A stretch of 64,000 bases of DNA, taken from positions 64,001 through 128,000 of the forward strand of contig CAWFGE010000007.1 of NCBI GenBank assembly GCA_963815195.1, given 5' to 3'. A program made the translations under genes and the position numbers. A model generated the notes under the pieces. The model had not been told where the DNA came from, ran no database searches, and saw only the letters and a program-made list of their open reading frames with translations. Origin of the DNA: an uncultured Planctomycetaceae bacterium (GTDB taxonomy: Bacteria; Planctomycetota; Planctomycetia; Planctomycetales; Planctomycetaceae). Of the stretch, positions 22,105 through 31,534 are shown piece by piece. Numbering within the stretch: the stretch's first letter is position 1; every line of letters starts with the position of its first letter.

Positions 22105-22600
22105 GCCGCCCCCTTCGGACCAGGCGGATTTGCCCAAGGGCCCCGGCCCCTTTCCGAGCGAAGGGCGGTTGATGGGTGTGGACTTCGGCACGAAGCGCCT
22201 GGGCATCGCCGTCTCCACGCCCGATCAAACCATCGCCAGCCCGCTCGAAAACTACGACCGCAGAAGTCCGGAACTGGATGCGAAACACCTGGGGGAGTGC
22301 GTGCAGGATTACCGCATCAAGGGTTTGGTCGTGGGCTTGCCGGTGCACATGAGCGGCGAGGAAGGCGGCATCGCGGAAAATGCCCGCGCCTTCGGGGAAT
22401 GGGTCGCCGAACAGACCGGCCTGCCAGTGCGGTTTTGGGACGAGCGGTTCACCTCCGCGATGGCCGAGGAGATCCTGCAAGCGGGATCGCTGACCAAAAA
22501 ACAGCGCAAGGCCCGCAAAGACAAACTCGCCGCCCAACTCCTGTTGCAGTCTTTCCTCGACACGCCCGACCGCGACCAGAAGCCGCAAGCGTTCGATTGA
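22088..22600 (+). CDS. ruvX: YqgF/RuvX family nuclease
   Basis: [40 protein letters not shown]. Confidence 0.93.
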   Translation: MTSSSEPPPSDQADLPKGPGPFPSEGRLMGVDFGTKRLGIAVSTPDQTIASPLENYDRRSPELDAKHLGECVQDYRIKGLVVGLPVHMSGEEGGIAENARAFGEWVAEQTGLPVRFWDERFTSAMAEEILQAGSLTKKQRKARKDKLAAQLLLQSFLDTPDRDQKPQAFD

Positions 22601-25204
22601 CTAGCGTTTCGGTTTGTCCACGGTCAGCTTTCGCCGGTAGATCGTTTTGCCGTGCGCGATATACAGCGTGCTGTGATCGCTGCCGGCCAGAATGCAACTC
22701 GTCAGCGGCTGGTCCTCATCGACTTTGGGCAGAACGCCGCAAGGGCGTCCGGTGGGGTCGAAGATCTGAACGCCGAGTTCGCTGGTCACATAGTACCGGC
22801 CTCGTTTGTCAATGGCCATGCCGTCGCCTCGGGACGCGGCCTTGTACGGGGGCGGTTCGTTGAAGCGGAATTCGCCTTTGGGATCGATGGCGGGCCGCAT
22901 CGGCATCGTGGGCATTTTTGCGTCGAGATTTCCGCCGGCATTGACTCGGAACGTCCACGTCTGATCTCCGCCAAAGTCGGAAACGGCCAGAGTTCCCCCG
23001 TCATTGGACAGGGCGATGCCGTTGGGCTTGGTGATGCCCGTGTCGACCGCTTTCACGTCGCCGGTCTTCGGGTCGATCCGCGTCACCTGCTTCGCAGCGG
23101 TCTCCGTGATCAGGATCAAGCCGTCCCTGGTGACGGCCAGGTCGTTGGGTTTGACGCCTTCCGCCAGCGTTTTCACCTCGCCGGTTTTGACGTTGATCGA
23201 AATGACGCGGTTCTTGGATCCCTGGCAGGCATACAGTAGCGAACCGTCCGGACTGAATTCGAGACCGCTCACCGATTCTTTCGCGATCTCGGTTTTCATG
23301 CCGTCGGCGGCGCTGATGCGGTACACCGCCGGGGCTTTCATGTCGCAGAAATACAGGTTGCCCCCGTTGTCCGCGCAAAGGGCATCGGCGAAACCGAGGT
23401 TTTCCGCGACGGGTTCCCACGATTCGCCGCGGATCAACAGGTTTAAGAGCGTCAGGTCGCCTCCCAGGTCGCCGCGGGTGTCGAACACGGGTGTGTACGA
23501 TTCCCTCCGCCACAGCCACTTCATCGCGTCCGGAAATTTAGAACTCCCGAAGTCGGCGTTGTGGGCGTAGCCCTCGGCCCAGTCGAAACGCACGTCATAG
23601 CCCATATATTTGAGTGCGGACGCCATTTGCTGATTGGCCCAAGGCCAGCTTCCAAAGGCGTTGTCGACATCGCCGCTGGTGTCAGCCATGTAAACGCGAA
23701 TCGGCTTCGGTTCCGTCTTTCGCACCAGAGACGGATAGACATTGCCGCCGCGCAGGTTGGTAAAGCTCCCCACGCTCGAATACACCTTGTGGAAGAAATC
23801 CGTCCGTTCCCAGGCGGCCGTGAAGGCACAAATCGCACCGGAACTCGAACCGCCGATGGCGTGCCACTCGGGATCGTCGGAGAGACGATAGCGTTTGCGA
23901 ACTTCTGGAATGATTTCTTCCAAGAGGAACCGCACATAGCGATCGCCCAGGCTGTCGTATTCAAAACCTCGATTGGAATAGCGGCCGTTCCGCCGCGGCC
24001 TCGATGTGTCCTGGCCCGGATTGATGAAGACCGCAATCGTGGGCGGCATGTCTCCGCGGGCAATCAGATTGTCGAACACGACCGGAACCCGCCAGCGGCC
24101 GTTGACATCCCGCATGCGCTGGCCGTCCTGAAACACCATCAAAGCGGCGGGCTGATCGGGCTTGTATTGAGCGGGCACATAGATGGACCAGTCGCGGATC
24201 GTGCCGGGGAAGATTGACGACTCCCACGGCTCCATTTTGATGACCTCGCCCTTCGGCACATCCTCGCGCGCCACCGCGTCCGGATGCGGTTCCCACTTGG
24301 GTTTGGTATTGATGATCGGGATATTGGTGGGCTCGGCGTTTTCGTCCCACAACCACTTGAGCGCCTCGGGCAGCTGTTCTCCGCCCCATTTGCCGCTGTG
24401 TCCGCCCTCCGTCATCACCAGCTTGTACGTGTAGCCCGCGAACTGCAAAGCCGCCGCCAAATCCTGATTCGACAACGGCCAGTTGCCGTGCAGGTTGTTC
24501 AAGTCTTCCCGGCCGTCCTGCAGGTACACCTTGATGGGCTTCGGTTTGTCTTTCGTCTTGCGAACGAGCCCGGGATACACCCAGCCGCCGCGAATGTTGG
24601 TGAAGCTGCCGATGTGGCTCAGCACTTTGCCGAATTGTTCCGGTTTCTCCCACGCGGCGGTGAAGGCACAGATTCCACCGGACGAGATTCCACAAACCGC
24701 ACGATCGGCGGGGTCCTTCGAGACGTTGAGCCCTTTGAGCGCGACGGGCAGGAATTCCTCGACCAGAAAACTGGCGTAGCGATCATCCGGCGAATCGTAT
24801 TCAAACGAGCGATTGCTCCGCGCACTGCCGCCGGGAACCGTCGCCGGAATCGTGCCGGGATTCACGAACACCGCAATGGTGACGGGCATCGCTTTTTGAT
24901 GAATCAGATTGTCGAACACCACGGGAACGCGAAACGCGCCTTTGGGGTTCGCATAACCGGCACCGTCCATGAACACCATCAGCGAGGCGGGCTCTTCGGG
25001 ATCGTACTGGGCCGGCACATAGACGCTGTAATCGCGAACGGTCCCCGGGAAAATTTTGCTGTCTTTGAATTGCCCTGGCGTAAGTTTCCCGTGAGGCACA
25101 CCCGCCTGCACCACGCGATCCGGATTCTCCGCCGCCAAGGTCCGAGCGGCGGGCAATGACAAAACGCAGCACAGCAAGATAAAATGTCGCATGCGAGAAT
25201 TCAT
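22601..25204 (-). CDS. Exported tandem esterase (Fes-like alpha/beta hydrolase x2) plus SMP-30/gluconolactonase
   Basis: Two homologous domains with GISSG and GSSSG nucleophile elbows, then a propeller with PNGIALS and GDGMAID. Confidence 0.85.
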   Translation of the reverse strand: MNSRMRHFILLCCVLSLPAARTLAAENPDRVVQAGVPHGKLTPGQFKDSKIFPGTVRDYSVYVPAQYDPEEPASLMVFMDGAGYANPKGAFRVPVVFDNLIHQKAMPVTIAVFVNPGTIPATVPGGSARSNRSFEYDSPDDRYASFLVEEFLPVALKGLNVSKDPADRAVCGISSGGICAFTAAWEKPEQFGKVLSHIGSFTNIRGGWVYPGLVRKTKDKPKPIKVYLQDGREDLNNLHGNWPLSNQDLAAALQFAGYTYKLVMTEGGHSGKWGGEQLPEALKWLWDENAEPTNIPIINTKPKWEPHPDAVAREDVPKGEVIKMEPWESSIFPGTIRDWSIYVPAQYKPDQPAALMVFQDGQRMRDVNGRWRVPVVFDNLIARGDMPPTIAVFINPGQDTSRPRRNGRYSNRGFEYDSLGDRYVRFLLEEIIPEVRKRYRLSDDPEWHAIGGSSSGAICAFTAAWERTDFFHKVYSSVGSFTNLRGGNVYPSLVRKTEPKPIRVYMADTSGDVDNAFGSWPWANQQMASALKYMGYDVRFDWAEGYAHNADFGSSKFPDAMKWLWRRESYTPVFDTRGDLGGDLTLLNLLIRGESWEPVAENLGFADALCADNGGNLYFCDMKAPAVYRISAADGMKTEIAKESVSGLEFSPDGSLLYACQGSKNRVISINVKTGEVKTLAEGVKPNDLAVTRDGLILITETAAKQVTRIDPKTGDVKAVDTGITKPNGIALSNDGGTLAVSDFGGDQTWTFRVNAGGNLDAKMPTMPMRPAIDPKGEFRFNEPPPYKAASRGDGMAIDKRGRYYVTSELGVQIFDPTGRPCGVLPKVDEDQPLTSCILAGSDHSTLYIAHGKTIYRRKLTVDKPKR

Positions 25205-25788
25205 GGGGCAACTCCAAGTTGATAATCTGGCCACAGCATCAGACTTCTGCGATTGTGCATCCGCAAAGTTCCGCAGAGTCGTTTTAGCATTCTAACCGAA
25301 TGGTTTCGCTTCGGCGACCATTCGAGCAGGACATCATCCCAGCAACACCCCGGTCACAATCCCGCGTCCTGGTGCAATCCGATTCATCCCACGGACTCAC
25401 GCTCGCGGCCGGTTACTTGGGCAGGAAATTAAAGACCGGCTCAAATCGCTCGAATCTCCCGTCGGGACGGCCGCCCCAGCGTTTCAAGAAACTTTGGAGA
25501 TTCCGCCACGATCCAAATTGCCCACGATCTTCTTCGCCCTGTCTGTTCCATGGGGAGAACGAGGGAAAGTCGTCAGCGGGTCAGCGGGCTAGGGCTTGTC
25601 AGCAGGGGCGGAATTTGTAGAATGCCACAGGGCTCCACCCCCGCTAAATATTTAGGTGATGTCGGATATGTCTCCCCCCACAAACGGGGAGGTTTCATTT
25701 CATCCCCATGTACAAAATAACGCGGGTATCGTGATGAAAATGAGCCGAGCCAACATACAACACAAAAACCTTTGAAGTAAATCCGTTA

Positions 25789-25861
25789 GCCGCTGTAGCT
25801 CAGTTGGTAGAGCGACGCACTCGTAATGCGTAGGTCAAGAGTTCGAGTCTCTTCAGCGGCT
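25789..25861 (+). tRNA. tRNA-Thr(CGT); attL of the island
   Basis: Cloverleaf: acceptor gccgctg/cagcggc, D arm gctc/gagc, anticodon stem acgca/tgcgt with loop ctCGTaa, T arm aagag-ttcgagt-ctctt. Confidence 0.96.
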
Positions 25862-25914
25862 CTTGTTCAATCGGCCTCAATGGCCCGCAAGAATCCTCAC
25901 AAGCCCCTGATTTT

Positions 25915-27490
25915 TCAGGGGCTTGCGTCGTTTGGTCCCCATGCGGTTTTGGAGGGGCTTGTCGGCCGATTGACGTTTGATTGAGAATCATTGATATTCG
26001 GTGGTGCGGGTACAAACATCGGTGCAAACAAATGGCGAGGATTCGGTTGCGATTCTCCCCCGGCGGCCATCCCTCCGGCGGATTCTTCCGGTTTCCCGGC
26101 GGCCAAATTCGGGAGCGATTCCACCGCGGCATTCAGATCATGCAACCGAACGTGGGTGTAAGTCTGCATCGTCAAGATTGATGTCGCTATGTCGCATCAA
26201 TTCTTGGGCGGTGCGGGGATGAACCCCACATCGGGCCAGATTCGTTCCGAAGGTGTGCCGTAGGGCGTGGAAGTCGAGAACGTGCCCCTGATCGTCAAAA
26301 TACTGAACGTGTCGGATTCTTCGCGGCGTTTTGCGTTCGGTTCCGTTTTGGCTTCGCCGATCCACGTCTCCCGCGCTGAATCCAAGATCCTGCCGAAGCA
26401 TTTTCGCGGCCTTCTCCGTCCAGGTTCCCGGCCAGAGGGGTTCCGCCGAGGGCTTGCGGATCGGGAGGACGGGCGGATTCTTCATCCGAACGCGTTCCAG
26501 CCGGTTCTTAAGCCATTCGTCGACCACGGCGGCCACATCGGACCGAAGCGGTTGCCGAGTAGTGCGTTTGTTTTTGGCGTGGGCGGCGTCCACGGTGACC
26601 GATGCGGGTTCAACGGAGAAATCAAAACTGCCGGCGGTCAGACTGGCGAGTTCCGAAACCCGAAAGCCCGTATTCACGGCCACCAAATAAAGCACCGTCC
26701 GATCTTCGCCGGGGAGCCCACGAAACGCGGGGCCATCGGCGGCCGCGGCCAGCAACCGGAAAAACTCATCATCTTCGGCAGCGCGGCGGATTCGGCGGCG
26801 GTCGGTTTGGGCGTCCAGCTTCTCCAATCCCCGAAGCGGATTTTCGGGAAGCCGGCGGCGTTTCATCAGCCAATTGCCGAACGTGCCGCATGCGGTGAAA
26901 TAGCCATTGGCGGCGGCATTTGGAAAGCGGGTTTCGGCGGTGCAGTTTTTGCTTCTTCTGCTCTTTCCCGCAACCGGCGGGGCAGGTTTCCCGTTCATCC
27001 AACCAAAAGCGTTGGCACTTCGGGCAATACCAGCGTTCGCGTTCCCGATGTTCGGCCAGATAGTTTTCAATCGCGGCGTGGTCAATGTCGGCCAGCGTTT
27101 CAAACCCGCAATCCGTGGCGATGCGCGACAGATAGCCGATGGTCTTCGTGATGTGCTTTTGACTGCAATTCTTCGATTCCAGATGCCGGCGGAAATCGTC
27201 GATGTGATCGGCCAACGGTTTGGCCTTGTGGGTTTCGTAGGGATCGACGGGGCGGACCACGCCGGCGCGTTCATCCCTCACGCGCTGGATGTGGCCGGCT
27301 AACATGCTCTCAGCGGTTTCCCGGTCGGAATCGAGGGAAACCCGTTCGAGTTGCCTTGGGCGTTCTTGAACTTCGCCCACCATGTCTTCGACTTGATCCG
27401 CTTTCGGATCGCTCCGGGGGTGTTTTTGGAAACACGCCGGCCTTCCGGGTCAACGTATTGAATGACCACGGGGCGATAAAGACTTGCCAT
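25915..27490 (-). CDS. Tyrosine recombinase/integrase (several frameshifts; 3' end approximate)
   Basis: TGFRVSE, KNK, DFHALRHTFGT, LMRHS and TYTH recover the R-K-H-R-H-Y set across ORFs 27299-27601, 26769-27383, 26138-27274 and 25915-26175. Confidence 0.9.
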
Positions 27491-27629
27491 ATTGGGGGCC
27501 TTTCTGCAACACGCCGACCACGCGGGGCGGGGTTGCAGTCCCGCACGCCGCGCGGCCAGCAAAGGTAGGGGAATTCTAACACGCCAAAAGAGCAAAACCA
27601 ATCAGGTCGAAATGTTTTGGCGGTTCGCG

Positions 27630-27897
27630 GCCTCAAAAGTCCGGCGGTCGGGACATCGGGCCGCAATCCAGGCTTGAACAGCCGCGCTGCTCCACGCGTG
27701 CATCCGCCCGATAGCCGGATGGGTTCCGGCAATTTTCCGGCCTCATCCATTCGGTGAATCGTGGCCACGGAAACGCTCAGCAACCGGGCCAGAGTTTTGG
27801 CATCGACCAAAAGCGGGAGAGGTTCCGAGGGGCAGTCTTTGGAATCGTCGATCATGGGCAATACCTTTGCTTTGGCGTGTTTTGTAAATTCTTCCAT
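27630..27897 (-). CDS. AlpA/Xis-like DNA-binding protein (frameshift near 27690; ends approximate)
   Basis: LLVDAKTLARLLSVSVATIHRMDEAGKLPEPIRLSGG..R(W)....QAWI. Confidence 0.8.
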
Positions 27898-28020
27898 TCG
27901 GTTTTTGGGTAACTATGATTTAGCGTTTCGCGGCCTCTTGCGTTTGCGTGTTTCTGGATGCCTGACGCCATTGACACTGACAGTTTTCGTTTTCCCACGG
28001 GATTCAAGCAAAACCGTCAA

Positions 28021-29938
28021 TCAGCCGGCTCGCCAGTCCTCAAAATCCAACAGCCGAAACTCGCACCGCGGGCGTCGGCTGGTTTTCACCAACCGCCATT
28101 CCCCGCCCCGCTTCTTTTTCATCCGGTTCAAGGCTTTCTCGGCTTCTTCGCTGGTCCGGTAGCGGCTTCGGCGGCCTGCAGTTCGCGGGGCGTGATGGAT
28201 CCCCCGTTGGATTTGATGACCACTTCCAAATCCCGCAATTCCATCAGTTCTTCATCGGCTCCGCCCGGAACATGGAAGGCGGAATAGATGCGCTTGGTTT
28301 CGCGGCCGAACCATTTCGCCAAACGGATGCCGGCCTGCAAACTCTCCAACCCCACGGATTCGCTCTCGGCGTTCAGCGTCACGAGTTCCACCAAATGCAC
28401 CAGAAGGGCCAGCCGCGCGGCGTAGCTTTCCAGTTTCGACCAGGCCGAAGCCAAAGCGCCGGAGAGTTCGGCCTGTTCCTCCCCGTGCCGATCCATGAAT
28501 GCAATCCATTCGGCCCGGGCGTCGGGAGTCAGCCCCACCAACTTGGGGCGGGGCATGCCCGTTTCATCCTGATCGGGTTCCAGGTCCAAGAGTCCCTGAT
28601 AAACGTCGGCCAGTTGAGCTTGAGCGGTTTCCCCCACTTCGGCATCAATCCAGCGGCGGGGCGTGCGGGGCGGCAGGGCCATCAGAAACCGCGCGGCCAG
28701 TCCGTTCTGAAAATGTTCCCGCCCCAAAACGGATTTCAGGATCTCCGGCTGAATGCCCCCGGTGATCGAAACCGCGGCTCGGCTGATGTGAGTCACGGGA
28801 ACGGAAGTCTTTCGATCCACGGTGATGGAATCCGCATCGAACAGCGAAAGCCATTTCGCCACATCCCCGCCATTCCCCGAACGGTACTGATTGAAACTCT
28901 GAAACCAGCCGCTCAATTCATCGCGCTGCACCAACAGCCCTTTCGGGTTTTCCATCAACCGCACGGGCAGGGCTTCGGTTGTCGTGTCATCGACCAACAG
29001 CCGGCGGGCAGTGGGCGGGGCCGGCGGATCGGGCGGCGGTTCCCCGCGGCGGCGGCCGGCCTGCTTCCATTCAGTCAGGTCCGCATCGAATTGGATTTTG
29101 TCTTGGGTGTGGCGCTCAGGTCTTCACCGAATTGGGCGAACCATCGGCTTTGAATCGTCCGCAGCGGCCGCAAGGCCATTTTCATGGCGGGAGATTTGCC
29201 GGTTCCCGATTCGCCGATGGTGCAAGTCCAAATCACGGGCGGGACGATCCATTCCTCTTTGATCCGAAGCGCCGGGAAATGCCCACGCAACCGCCCAAGG
29301 CGGAGAGAATCGGCAGAGCGATGAAGGCGGGATCGCAGCCGGCGGAGGGCGGCGCGGGTGGTAAACTCCCGCAACGGTTTCGGCAGACAATCCACGGGGA
29401 ACGGCTCGAAGGTTCCCAGCACGCCGGGTTTTTCGGAAGGCGGGCAGGCGTCGAACAGGGCGGCGGGATCATCTTCTCCCAACCAATGCGCTTGGATTTC
29501 TTCCCAAGATTCGGCGGGGTTCATCAATGCCGCTTGCACGGTCTTCGCTCGCGAGAGCAGCCGACGGCGTTTCGCACATTCAGCCACGATGCCCGCGTAA
29601 TACCGCACGTTGGCGGTGCTTTGGGGGGCTTCCATGATTTCCCCAAGAAACAGCGCCGAGGTCGGGGGCGCATCCTTGGGGGGCAACCGTTGCGCCAGAA
29701 TCACCGCATCCACGGGTAGCCCGTCGCGGTCGAGTTCCAGGGCCAAAGCGAATATCGTTTGATGCAGGTCGTTGTAGAAATCGCTTGGCGCAATGATTTC
29801 GCCGGCGGCTTCGATCGCTTCGGGACTGTTGAGAATGACCGAACCCAAAACGGCCCGCTCCGCATCGGGATTGTTGGGGGGCAATTCAATCGCCCGTTGC
29901 CGGCCGTTGTCGAGTTGATTGAAGAGACGATTTATCAT
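28021..29938 (-). CDS. DnaB-like N-terminal domain plus DUF3987 (YfjI-like) ATPase; putative replication protein (frameshifted)
   Basis: PPNNPDAERAVLGS..DFYNDLHQTIF (DnaB-N); FPVDCLP, GESGTGKSPA, DDTTTEAL, RDELSGW, GGIQP, NGLAARFL. Confidence 0.8.
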
Positions 29939-30074
29939 CGGACTCACTTGGTTAAAGTCTGGTGAGTCCCGGCAATCGTCGCGGAATCCGCGTTCCCAAA
30001 TGCGGTTCGGGTCCGTAAGATGGTGTTGCGCAGATTCCGGCAAACCGCCGGGGTTCCCACGGCCGGCCCGGTCA

Positions 30075-30350
30075 TCACGGGTTGGCCGTTCCCTTTGCGC
30101 CCATGCAAAAAGCCCGCGGAAGATCCGTGGGCTTCATGTGCGCGCGGCGGTTTGCGTTCCTTGGGCTTCGCGTTCTGAGAAGAATCTCCATGGCGTTTTC
30201 AACGTCGCCAGCGGTCCAATCCCAGGCCTTCGATGAATTGAGCCTGGGGGCGGGGAATTTTCCCGTTTTGAGAGAGTGACGCAATTGCCAATAGCTGATG
30301 GTCGGAAATCCGCGCGATTGGATTTCCGACAATGCTTCTTGAGTCGTCAT
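30075..30350 (-). CDS. Small putative DNA-binding protein (Xis/AlpA-like)
   Basis: RBS ggagg; SYWQLRHSLKTGKFPAPRLNSSKAWDWTAGDVE. Confidence 0.55.
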   Translation of the reverse strand: MTTQEALSEIQSRGFPTISYWQLRHSLKTGKFPAPRLNSSKAWDWTAGDVENAMEILLRTRSPRNANRRAHMKPTDLPRAFCMGAKGTANP

Positions 30351-30769
30351 AAAACCTCCACAGAAAAAGTTCTAGCTGGAGGTTCGATTCCGTTCCGCTC
30401 GGCCCCACATGACAGGTTATAGCGGGCCATGACCGCTCGCGAAATCTTCATCAAACATCCTCCAAAACGAAAAGGTTTGGAGGGTGACGCTGGCAAGACA
30501 GGACACCCTCGCGTTTACCGGGATTCCTCCGCGGTTCCGGCCAGGGTGATGCATGCAATAGTTCTAGCAACTTGAGGGTGAATGTCAATCAGCAAACACA
30601 AGATGTGCGGCCCGCATTTTTCCGCGTTGGCGAAATTTTCGGGGATTTCTGAGAAGCCCAATGACAGTATTCGTTTTCCCGCTTGTTTCGCCCAAAACTG
30701 TCAGTGTCAACGGCGTCACCGGCTGGGAAAGAGGGTTCAAAAAATCTTGGCGATTTTTTTCGGCGGTGT

Positions 30770-30826
30770 GGGTCCTTCCGAGACCCCGCCCCGTCGCGCG
30801 GGTATCCAATGGCGGGGTTTTCGCCC
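30770..30826 (+). other. Candidate lambda-like cos packaging site
   Basis: gggtcct (cosQ-like), 40 nt, then gttttcgc. This is the spacing I recall for phage lambda cos. Confidence 0.5.
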
Positions 30827-31055
30827 ATAAAACGGATTTTTGCGGGGGTTCTTCTTCTTACGCTTTGGAACGGAGCAAGTGCTTCGGCCCGAACATCCCG
30901 AAAACTATTGGGGGGCCGTGACCACAACCGACAAATCGGCCCCGAATGGCCGGTTGCGATCGGCACCCAGTGCACCCAAGATTTTTCGGGCGGTATTTCA
31001 AAACCCCGATATACTATCGCTAACCGGTCTGTGACCCTTAATTCGGAGGAATGAC

Positions 31056-31498
31056 ATGTCCGCTAAACATGAACTTAAAAGACTGATGGCGGAGATTCGC
31101 CGGGCCGTGATGAGCGAGTTTCGACGAATCGGATGCTTTACGGTCGAGGAAGCCCAGACGATTGACGATTTCATTTGTCTGTTTCGCCCGCAGGGAAGTT
31201 TAATCCGCTCCGAACATTCGTGTATTTACTCATCGTGGACGGCAACGTGATGTACGTTGGCGAGACGGGAAAAGGGACGATTCGCTTCAACGCTTACCGC
31301 TATCATGGTCCGCAGGATCGCCATGGGTGCCGCATCAGCGCCCACATCTTTAATGCTCTTCAGGACGGCAAGGTTGAAGTTTTTATCGCGGAGACTCTAG
31401 GCAACGATCACGAGCGGAAAGCGTATGAAAAAAGGTGCATTGGCCTGTTCAATACGGAACGCGGCGGTTGGAACGGTTCCAGGATTCCCGCTTGTTGA
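31056..31498 (+). CDS. GIY-YIG-like nuclease (probable frameshift near 31175)
   Basis: RBS ggagg before 31056; FVYLLIVDGNVMYVGET..R...YEK..I..FN....WN. Confidence 0.65.
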
Positions 31499-31534
31499 AG
31501 AATTTGCGAAGTTCGTCCATGAAAATGGGCACTC

